Shown here in pieces: positions 54,058-64,000 of a DNA stretch of 64,000 nt. The notes under the pieces were generated by a model that was not told the DNA's origin, searched no databases, and saw only the letters and a list, made by a program, of their open reading frames with translations. The DNA lies in NCBI GenBank assembly GCA_028534125.1, contig CM052845.1:24180001-24244000 (forward strand), given 5' to 3'. Position 1 is the first letter of the stretch; each line of letters begins with the position of its first letter. The position numbers were made by a program, and so were the translations under genes. The stretch is from Lama glama. Taxonomy: Eukaryota.

Positions 54058-54491
54058 TTTTACAGGTTGAACTATGTCCCCCAGAAAAGATATGCTGGCA
54101 CCCTAACCCCCAGGACCTCAGAGCGTGACTATTTGGAGACAGGGTCTTTATGAAGTAGCTAGGGTAAAATGAGGTCCTTGGGGTGGGTCCTGATTCATTA
54201 TGACCAGCATTCTTATAAAAAGAGGAGATTCAGCCACAGATACAGCCACACACAGAGGAAAGCCACGTGAAGCGATCAGGGGGTGTGGTCATGGCCAAGG
54301 GAGATGCAAGGATGCTGGCAAACACCAGTGGCCAGAAGAGGCAGGAAGGATCCTTCCCTGGACCTTCAGAGGGAGAGCGGCCCGTGCCCCGTCCCTCGCG
54401 GACTTGCGCCTCCAGACTGGGAGAGGATGCCTTCCTGTTGTCTCAAGCCCCTCGTTTGTGCTACTCGGTTACAGCCTGGGACACTGATCCA
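54058..54491 (+). mobile_element. MLT1B/C MaLR solo LTR
   Basis: ggttgaactatgtccccc...ctaacccccaggacctcagagcgtgactatttggagacagggtcttta...aaatgaggtc...cttataaaaagagg...ccttcagaggga...cctccagactg. Confidence 0.85.
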
Positions 54492-56339
54492 GAGGTCCTG
54501 TGTCTGCTCTATACAAACATTGCTTTTCCAACTGTCTTTTGTAAGGAATCAATTCCTTTGTTTCCCCGTTTTCAGTCTATCATGGACTGATCTTTTCAGA
54601 GTAAAGATGAATCATTAGGAAAAAAAAATTTTAAATGACATGCAAAATGCAAAGCCATTTCCTCAGTACTAAGTGAGGCGGGTACACACTCACTCTGTTG
54701 AACTGCTGTACAAATTTCGACACGACACACTGCCTCGGTCCTCGCCCTGGCAGGGGGTAGGAGAGGGTCACACGCCAGTTCCAGGATGCCTGGGCGGGCA
54801 CGTGGCTCATCCGTGGGAATCTGACCCTTTGTCACACCCTTGCAAAGACCACAGCATGCAGGGTGCTATTGCCCTGTCTTTCCCAGTTGGAAATTGTGGA
54901 ATTAAGCCATGCATCTGTGACAAATTAGTTGGAGGAGTCGGGTGGTGGGGGTAAAATGTTTGAAAATGGGCTCTGAACAATTTCCAATAAATACATGTGG
55001 AAATTTAACCTGCCAGGCAAGCCCCTCTCTCCTGCTGCTCTCCAGGATTCAACTGGGTACCAGGGAAACTTGGAAAATGCCAGCATCAAACTCATGGGGC
55101 CTCTCTGTTTGAAACTGCGGCCTTCCAGGAGGTAGGGAGGCCCTAGATGCGTTTACAAAAGTGCTGGACACTGACTAGGGGCTGCTGTTCCCCTCACACT
55201 CCCAGCTTCTGCCCTCACCCTTCAGGGAAGCAGGCCGGCGGCTCTGAGGGGAGGAAGGCAGGCAGTTGCGGGCGGGCACCCGGGACTGTGCCCCGCCAGC
55301 CACTTCCCCTTTGCCGCCCCACCTCCACCAGCGGTTTTGTTCTGCACTGCAGCCGGAGGTCCAGGCAGCAGAGAGGAGGGAGGGAAGGCTGGGGTGGGGC
55401 TGACCGCAAAACCTTTCCAGCTGCCATTTCTTCTGGGCAATCTGGGACCTCAGACCCCAGCCAGCCCCTCCTGAGAGGCCCCATCTGGTGCTGTCTCCCC
55501 CACCTCCTGAGGCAGTTCCTACTGACTGTTTAGCAGAATAGAAGTAATCAGTGCACGGTGGGAGGGATGGTGAACACAGAAGGAAGGAGAGGACTTGGGT
55601 TCCGAAGCCAGTGCTCTCCCCTCTGGTTTGTGTTTCTGTTAAACTAAAGGGAATGTAATTTGAGAACGCAGACACAGACGTCACGCTCCAGGAGGGCGGC
55701 TTCCCGTAGCTTTCTGATCACCGATTCAGACGGTGAGGAGGGGGGAAATGCAACTGCACACAAGCCCGGGGTGGGGGGTGGCATATTCTTTCTGCAAGTC
55801 CACAGCCCCTGCTGTCAACCATGGATCTATCGATCCATGAACTCTAGGTGCAGAGTCCCCGTCCAAACACATTCTGTGCTTCGAGGCGCTCAGCAGCGGA
55901 GGGAATCGTGAGTCGGAATACGTGGAATGCCAAGCCCACGTTTGCTGCTCGTGGAAATCTGGGTGTGCAGACGTCGAACTTGCTTAAAACGCGGTGTCTG
56001 ACGGGACGATGTCTCCTGCCAGCACGAGTTCTCTTTCTCTCTTGGCTGAATATGAATCCAAAGCCTCTTCATGCTGTAAATTTACCATTATATTAGATCT
56101 TGCTCAAAGATCAGTGTAAGTAAGGCTGTTTGAACATGGGCAGTTTGCCTGTTCATCTGTAGGAAAAGCTCCATTTCATGACCAGAACAAGATTATTTTT
56201 ATACTCAAATTAGAACAGTGGTGTTACAAGGAGACAGACTAGCGAGAAGTCGAGGACATCTGGGAACAAAACGGGAATCCCATATGTTCACCCCGGAAAA
56301 GAAATCACAAAATTGAATGAGGATGAACCCTCCTTGACT

Positions 56340-56522
56340 GACCTCGTGGATGGTCGGGGTGTGCTGTGCCCTGTGGGGTGTCTGGCAGCCTCCCTGACCC
56401 CTACTCTCTGGACACCAGTGGCATGCATGCCCCCCTCAGGCAGTGACCCCCAAATGTCTCCAGACATGACCCCACGACCCTGGGGCGGAGGGCAAACTCG
56501 CCCCGGCTTGAGAGCCACGGGC
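56340..56522. mobile_element. MER20 hAT DNA transposon
   Basis: ctgtgccctgtggggtgtctggcagcctccctgacccctactctctggacaccagtggca...aaatgtctccagacat...gggcaaactcgccccggcttgagagccac. Confidence 0.8.
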
Positions 56523-57809
56523 CTAGAGACAGAACAGGAATCCCATGTGTTAGCACCAAAACAGGTGAAAAACCCGTTAGTTTTGACGAGCAGAAGAAAA
56601 TAAAGGTAACTCCCCATCACCCGTGTTGTCCCTCTGCCTCACCTGAGCAGGTGTGCTGCGTCTCGCACTCCCGCAGGTGCTGGTCCTTGACGACTCACCT
56701 GTGGACGCTGGCGAAGGCGGCTTTTCTGGATGCTCCTCATATTCTGGCACCACCCCTTCCCGGGGCTCCTCCGGCTCGGCGCTCAGTCACTGTGTCCAGG
56801 GAGACCCACTGCAGCAGGGCAGGCGGGGACCCCGGGCAGGGGAAAAGGCAGAGGCCCACGCCCCCCTCGTCTGTGCCGTCCCCGCAGTCCTACACGCTTG
56901 GCCGCACGTGCGCCAGACAAGCTGGTCTGTCGAATCCCCTACTTACAAGGCCCTCCAGACCTCAAACGGAGGTCACCTGGGATGAAATTCCCAGCCAGCA
57001 AGCCACGCAAAAGGGTGCTGAACTGTTGCTGGGAGGTGCAGCCAACGCGGAGGGGTAGCTCAGTCCCTGACTTCTGCGGGTGGCTCCTGTGGGGTCTGTG
57101 CTCCCAGCCTTTTGTTTTCTTGCTCCGCGCCCTGGCCCCCTGGCCGGGCTCCAGGCAGTGCGGTTATACAAGCCTCCCTGCAAAGGCGCTAACCCCTCCC
57201 TCCCTCCTCCTCTGAGTCCAACCCTGTCATCGGAGCTCTGGTGACCTCCGAGAGGGCATGTGGGCCGCTCCAGCCCTCTGCAGGCATCGCCTGGCGTCTG
57301 TGCACCTAACAACCAGCTTCCCCCTCCCACCCGGCTCCCAGCCTGGTGCTGGGTCTGCGGGAGCCCACTGGGCAGGCCGGGATGCCCAGAGGACTGCGAG
57401 CCCCCTGCCCCTCCCACATTCAGGGTCACCCTGGAAGCTCCAGGGTCACAGCCCTCCACTGACAGGTGGCCCTGACTGCCCCTCCATCTTGGAACCCAGA
57501 CTGCACGTTCTTATCAGAACCGGGCAGAAGTGTCCCCAGACGCGGCCTGGAAGGCGAAGGAGGTACCAGGGATCCGCCCGGAAGGACCAGGATGTGATTC
57601 CCCCAGACACGTGAACAGTCCGTGCCTTCATCCCCACAAGAGCTGTCTGGCAGCAGAGAACTCACTGACCCGCCTTGCAAGGGTTAATGTTTTTGGGCTC
57701 GGAGATGCAGGGAGCAAACCCAGGCAGAGCCAGGCCCCTGCCAGCTGTCCACTCCCTCCTTCCAGCCAAACAAGCACGGCCACTCGGCCCGCACAGGCGC
57801 AGGCGCATC

Positions 57810-57908
57810 TGTGTGCACGCATGTGCGTGCGTTTGTGTGTGGGAGAGCCGTGCCTGTGCGCAGGGGTGTGTGTGCGTGTGTGTGAGAGCCGTGCCCGTGC
57901 GCAGGGGT
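57810..57908. repeat. 41-bp tandem duplication within a (TG/CG)-rich tract
   Basis: gagagccgtgccygtgcgcaggggtg at 57843 and 57884. Confidence 0.8.
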
Positions 57909-60864
57909 GGCTGAGGGCGTGAGAGGGCAAGTGGGCTCTGAGTGGCCAGCGCCCTGTGCCTGAGCTAGAGCTGACACACGGGCAAGGAGGCCGCCAGCAA
58001 AGTAATATCGCATCTTCGTTCACTCATTTTCTTACACGGCCTCCAGATTTTTTTTAAGGAAAATGAGAGATGCGGCTGCAGCCTCCCACCTGGCTTCCCC
58101 GGGAACCGTGACCTGACATCCCACAGCTGCTCTAGGTCAGTGCCCACTCCCGCTACTGAGACCTTTATTCATTAAAAAAAAACCCAGTTTTATGAAACAC
58201 TTCCATGCATATTAATCTCAAAGCTGCCTCCAAAATGCACAGTCCCTGGGGCTGGATTATGTCCACTTCGCAGGCGAGAAAGCTGGTTATGAACTGTCCC
58301 TCTTTCCCAGGATCTGGGACATTTTATCAAATTCAATTTATGGAAATATTTGCAGAAAAGGACACTTCGGGGCGTGATTTACAAAACCAAATCAGATGAC
58401 TCTATTTGCAGAGACCCCCCCTCCACACCACATGGCTCCTCAGGGAGAGAAGCCCTTACCCGCGGTCACCAAGGAAACGCAATGCTTTCGTCCCCAGCTC
58501 AGCGCCAGTGCTGCTCCCGTCCCCAGGAGCAGCCGGCCCAGGTCACGCAGCCAGACGCAGACTGTCTGGACGCGGAGAGGAAGCCTCCTCTCCAGGCACC
58601 CGGCTCCTGCTCTGACCGGTGCAGGCGTAAAAGCCAAGTGTCCAGAGCACAGCAACCGACCTCGCCGTGGCCCCTGCCTGTTCCCTATCCTGCTGGAACC
58701 GGGGCCTCACAGCAGGGCCGGGCCCAGAGTGACCGGGAAGGAGGAAATGGGTTTTCTGGGGAAATCCGAGTCCCAGAGACTCAAAGCACAGAATAGATTG
58801 TGCTCCCGGCCAGAGGCAGAAACAGGAAGTGGTGTGGGAGGGGTTCCAGATGGATCCAGTAAAAACAGGGTCCCTGCGGGGGCTCTGGACTGGCTGGATG
58901 TCAGCTCAAGAGGAAGCGAGGGGTCTGATGCAGTCCCCTGGGCACCACCAGCCAGGAGGGGCAGGAGGTGGGGTGACCCCAACCAGGAGAGGGGGCAGAG
59001 GGTGAGGGCATCCCGGACCTGAGGGGCGGGGTGGGGTGGGCGCGCAGCAGAGAAGAGCTCGGCGGAGGCTGGGTTTGGCCTCCAGGGCTCCACACCCTCT
59101 CACTGTCCCCCCCAGGGCTGGCTGCCTCCTCGTCCTCCAGGACCCTCTCACACATGAGCCCAGAAGGATCTAAAGGACATTCTCTCACCTTCAGATGGCG
59201 GTCTGAACAGTTCCCGTCTCCCGAGGAGGGCCCGGCACATCCGGGGAGGCCGACACAGTGGACTCACACAGCATGGCACCGACATCCCTTAGACAAGCCC
59301 ACCGGCCCTCACTCACCTGAGACGGCAGCTCTCCCACACCTGTGGCCGCACTCCTTCCCGGCAGAGATGCGAGGCCAGCCCCGCAGGCTCACCACCCCTG
59401 GTCCCACTGGCTGAGGTTTACCCCGCATTTCAGGGTTCGCTGCTCAGGCCCCAGGGGTGACAGGTGACAGGGCCCCCCCAACGGGGGACCCTGCTGCAGC
59501 TGCTTCCAGTTCCCCCCGATCCTGCAGTGCCCACCCCGGACCTCCCACTCCCCAGCCTGAAGCTTGGACGGCGAGGCGGGGTGAGCTGGACCGGCCCTTA
59601 CGGTGCCCGATGACAGCTAATGACTCAAATCATTTAAATGACACGGCGTTTGATGAACAGATCTCCGTGAAAACGTTATTTGGGACTGCGTGGCGCTCAT
59701 AAAACATCCTAGGGACGTGCCTGGGTTTTGCCTCCCGTGAGGCTCTGGAATTGTCCTTTACAGCCAACACCACCGTGTCCGCGGGGATGGAGGAGACCGT
59801 GACTAACAGACAGGACACTCCGGGAACACGGGACACGGCCACCTCCCAGCCCCCCAGCCCGTTCGCCCCGTCTCGGGATCTGACCGTACATGGAAACTGC
59901 TGTCCTCGTGTACAAATGCTCTGACCTCTGGAATGACGATGAGTCTGCCGAGCCAGTCGGCCAGCGGTTTACCTGGGAGGCGTGGGCCCCGGCACGCAGA
60001 GTCCGCGCCCTCGGAGGTGCACGCACGGCCACCCGCTCCGATCCGGACGCCCAGAGACGCGCTGCAGGACGCCAGGAGCACCGAGAAAGGACTCCCTGGA
60101 ACTGCTGACAAGTTTCAGGCCCTGACGTCTCTGTGAGGACCTAGTCTCCCCAGATCTTCTTTACACACGTTGTCTCACTGGGGTTAAGAACCACCACGTT
60201 CCCCACGGGAGGGAACCCTTCAGGAGCCGGCCAGTGTGTTTATTTGGAAAAGAAGAATGTCACATCTTAACCAAAAGACAGGAGTAAAGCGATCTTGCAA
60301 GCTTCACCACGCCGCTGAAAAGCAAACCTGGCGAAGTGCAGATGGACCGCAAGTGACAGTGAGGCTTTTCTCGATAGGTCACCAATATTCCAGCGTCAAC
60401 GGAAACATCACCTGGCACTTTTTTTACCTCATTTATGCTGCAGGCAGATCCGGCAGGTGTAACCTGAGTTTCTGAGACACTGATGAAGACCTTCGTGCAT
60501 CGAGCTTTAAGTGAAAGCGCATCCAGGCACTTCCGTCTTATTTGGCCCCTGGAAATACTGAGAAGCTGGGTTTTAACCACCGCAAACGGCGCCGAGCTTA
60601 GTCTTCCCCCACATTTCTCTCTGTGTTTTATATTAACTCATTCAACCCACGGTGTCACTCAAAACAAAAACTGGCAAGTGCGTGCGTCTCTAGAGTTTCC
60701 CGGCACCTGCTTCAAGCTCAAAGCGCTGCTAATGCGCAGCCTCGCCCGCCCACCTCCGGGCGCGGCAGGCGGGGCGGCCGCATCAGGCAGGGCTGTTCCA
60801 CCATCTGCGGAACAGAACCGCCCCTTTGGCGTTTTACAGGAAGAAAGGGCAACTCGCGATACTG

Positions 60865-62083
60865 TTTTTAAATAAAAAGACTTTATTTATGAAATAAGAG
60901 CAGCTGATAGTTTGAGAAGCTCGGGGAGGTATTACTTTCACATGGGGGTCCACACGCACCTTGGAAAATATTTGGCGAAGTCATAAAATTAGCATTTTTA
61001 GTCACCTGTAAAGTGCTGACAACTTCATCTCGGGCGAAGGCCTGCATTAGTTTTTTTTTTTTTTTAATCCATCCAGTAAGTAGAATTTACATCATGTATC
61101 CACGTGGCGCACGATGAGCCCCGAACCCCGTGCAGGACGACTGCAGGCCGGTGCAGCCGAGTGGCAGGTCCTGCCGACCGAGGGCTGCCTGTCGCCCATG
61201 TCCGCCGCCCGCAGGGGCGCCCACCCCGCCGGCCCCCTGCGTCCTTCAGGTGGCGTTCCTGGCCAACAGGTGCAAAGCCAGCAGGGAGGACGGGCCAGCA
61301 CGCCGGCGCGTCTCCCACCGCACTACAACACACGCACCTCTGACCCGGAGATGGACGCTGCTTACTTAGTATGAGAACAGGTGAATGTTTTGGCACCGGC
61401 ACTCGGGTCTACAATCTCGATAGGAGCTGAGCATTTTGGTTCAAAGCAAACGTTATTTGTGAAACGTTACAGAAAATATATCAACTAAACCTTTGTTAGT
61501 TTTTTTAACAGCAAAATGCAACATAAAAATACTACTTTGTTAAAGACATACAAGACACACATCATGCCTCTTTGGAAAACCCAGCTCACCTCGGAAAGCA
61601 AGGACGCCACCTGGACTGGTGAGTGCTACCTGGCCTTCTTCACTGTTACGCGTTCTACCCTGGAGTTAAGGTTCATCATATAAATAAAAGGAGTGAGCCA
61701 GAATCAAGCCACGTGACTAAGGATCGTTTCCACATCCCTCCACTGCCGAACGGGCTGGGCTTCCCTGTGAGGTCTGAGTTGGCAGATTCTCTAGGTGACA
61801 GACAGGACAGTGTGAGAACCGGTCTGGGGGGGCCGTGATGATTAAGGCACAGGGGTCGGGGCACCGTGTCCTCCCGGGACCACCTCCTGCCTGCCGTCCT
61901 CACGAGCTTCCACGCTCGGCCCTGCCGCTGGGGAGAGGAGAGGAGCTGGCAGGACGCGCCACCTCGATGCTATTGCACACTTCTGTCCCAGGGACGCTGT
62001 CATGGGTACCCGACCAGGGCAGACACACGCGCTCGCCCTGGCCCTGGGGCTTGGCTGAGACGGTCCGGGGTGGCGATCTCGGC
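60865..62083 (-). other. ARHGEF10: ARHGEF10 3'UTR
   Basis: Runs from the stop codon to minus-strand AATAAA at 60882-60887. Confidence 0.7.
60882..60887 (-). terminator. Polyadenylation signal, ARHGEF10
   Basis: TTTATT on + is AATAAA on -, about 1.2 kb after the stop. Confidence 0.7.
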
Positions 62084-62595
62084 TCACACGTTCAGCAGAG
62101 GGATCTGCCAGACCATGACAGAGGAGACCAGCTCCTCTGGCCGCTGCTGCCTGGCCTTCCTGCTCACCCGCCGGTGGCCCTGGCCCCCGCAGGCCACCAG
62201 CACGGAGCTGGCCTTGGCCTTCCTGGCCCTCCGCCCTCGGCCGGCGGAGATGCCAGGGTGCCGCAGGAGGTCCTGGAGGAAGCCCTCCTCTGATCGGGGC
62301 TCCAGGGAGCCGGAGCCCTGGGACGGCGTCAGGGACCCGGACGAGGAGGAGACGTCGCTGGGCTGGGTCGTGGAGCCCAGCGAAGCCCCCAGCCACACGG
62401 CGTCGGGGCTGCTCCGAGCGGGGCAGGGCCCGGGCCCCTCGCCGGGGAGCGCGTCCCTCTGGTCTTCGTCCTGGGGGTCCACGCTGGGGGGCGGGCTGTC
62501 CCTGGGCTTGTCCTTATCTGTCTTGAGGGCGGCTGTGGCCTCGACCAGGAACTTGACGGGCCCGTTGTGCGCGTGATAGGAGACCATGCCTCTTC
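62084..62595 (-). CDS. ARHGEF10: Rho guanine nucleotide exchange factor 10, last coding exon
   Basis: Translates (G)RGMVSYHAHNGPVKFLVEATAALKTDKDK...KAKASSVLVACGGQGHRRV...VMVWQIPLLNV*, matching the ARHGEF10 C-terminus. Acceptor tcccctttcag|GA at 62596-62598; stop TGA at 62084-62086. Confidence 0.95.
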
Positions 62596-64000
62596 CTGAA
62601 AGGGGACATCGCTCAGCAAGAGCTGCGCGGACGGGCAGGACCACAGGGGCACCCGGGGACCCCGTCCCCAGGACAAAGCCCACGCACGGCAGCTCACGGT
62701 GCAGACAGCTTCCAGTCACATTCTCGGGGACCTTTAGTGAATTCCGAGGACACTGTCTACATTCTCACACTCGCATCACACCTCTAGAGTGAAAAACAGC
62801 TCTTCTGCTCTTGGCATACATGCCTTCCCACCTGCTCCCAGAGAACACAACTTAGCAAAACTTTTCCTGAATCTTGACTTAAAAACCTGAATGCCTGAGA
62901 TACTCCAATTTTAAGAGCAAGATGCCCCAACCACCCGTAGCTGGCTGCCAGCTTTCACCTCTGCGGTTTGGAATAGTTAGTTCTCTGGAATTAACTAAAA
63001 CGGGGACGTTTCAGTTGAAAGGTGATGTGAATCGAATTTTAAAGTCATTGGGCGCTCCTTACAGGTCTTCCTACGGAACGCAGACCCCCCGCAGGACACG
63101 CGACTCCGAGAGTCAGGTGGGAACGGCTGCCCGTTTGTCGAGCACTTGGCGGGAGCTGAGTCGCATCTGCATTTTCATTGCGGTATTTACACTTACAGGG
63201 AGGACGTGCCCCTTCCGCCAAATGCTTCAAGGCTAAGACAGGGCCTCGGGGCCTTCACCCCACTTTGGCTACAGGATCCTCCAGTGGGGTGACAGGCTCC
63301 CTCAGCGAGCAGAACGCGAGTTAAGAGCCCTGCCAGCGCAGGCACTGGGGGGACCGTGGAGGGGTAAGGATGCCCGGACACCGGCGACGGAGGTGTGACC
63401 CGACACACAGCCGAACAGCACCCGAGCGCCTCCGGTGAATCTGAACACCCAGGGACGCCCCCCCGGGTGCACACCCCGGGGGCCCTGTGCCCCTGTGAGC
63501 GGGGGCGGCAGGTAAACGCCCAGGGAGGTGCTGCCCGCAACACACGGCGCCGGAAACAACTAGAATCCACGGTGTGTCCCTGGGTGACAGGCACGCTCCT
63601 GGCCGTGATGCAGTCAGAGGACCAGGAGGATCAGCTCGGAGACGATGTCCGGAGCAACTCAGGTGTCGCAAGACAAGAGAGTACACGTGAAAATGGCGCA
63701 ACGAAAAATAACCTGGTTTTCTGAGGCACAAGGGGCGAAACTACAGAGAAACCCAGCAGGAGGACGGCGTGAGGCTCCGGAGGACAGTCCTGCCTGTGTG
63801 CCGGGGGGGTCACCCCAGGCTGCCACGCCCGCCTCCTGTCCTGCGCCTTCTCACCCATTCACCTGCACGAGCTCCTCGTCTGCGTCACAGACAGCGATGA
63901 AAGAGGGAACTTAGAAATGAATGTACAGAGTCGGAACTCCTCAATCCTAACGGGGGGTCCTGATAAAATACGGATTTATCTAACCACAGACCTGTCTGCA

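Noticed and set aside
62596-62719. Upstream part of the 211-aa ORF
   Set aside because: Intronic read-through; the ARHGEF10 match starts at the acceptor at 62596.

Overview
Mammalian genomic DNA, GC-rich, probably a non-ruminant cetartiodactyl such as a camelid. This is inferred from the L1 3'-end style and the absence of recognisable Alu, Bov-tA, PRE1 or CHR2 SINEs. The window holds the conserved ARHGEF10-KBTBD11-MYOM2 block, all on the minus strand. ARHGEF10: last exon and 3'UTR (about 60865-62595). KBTBD11: complete gene, with a CpG-island exon 1 near 49600-49800, a single coding exon (CDS 33685-35700) and a long 3'UTR to about 30020. MYOM2: promoter, non-coding exon 1 and first coding exon (387-493). 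The rest is intronic or intergenic, with old repeats (L1, L2, MIR, MLT1, MLT2, MER74-like LTRs, Charlie1, MER20), simple repeats and one 159-N gap. Most listed ORFs are GC-driven artefacts. I found no convincing new protein-coding system. The most interesting signals are non-coding: (i) ancient AT-rich transposon relics apparently rewritten into orphan CpG islands, each next to a same-orientation consensus CTCF site; (ii) local inverted and direct duplications at 21.8-29.7 kb; (iii) a dense nuclear-receptor half-site cluster upstream of MYOM2; (iv) four uORFs in the KBTBD11 leader. Repeat-family and orthologue comparisons are from memory and need confirming by alignment.
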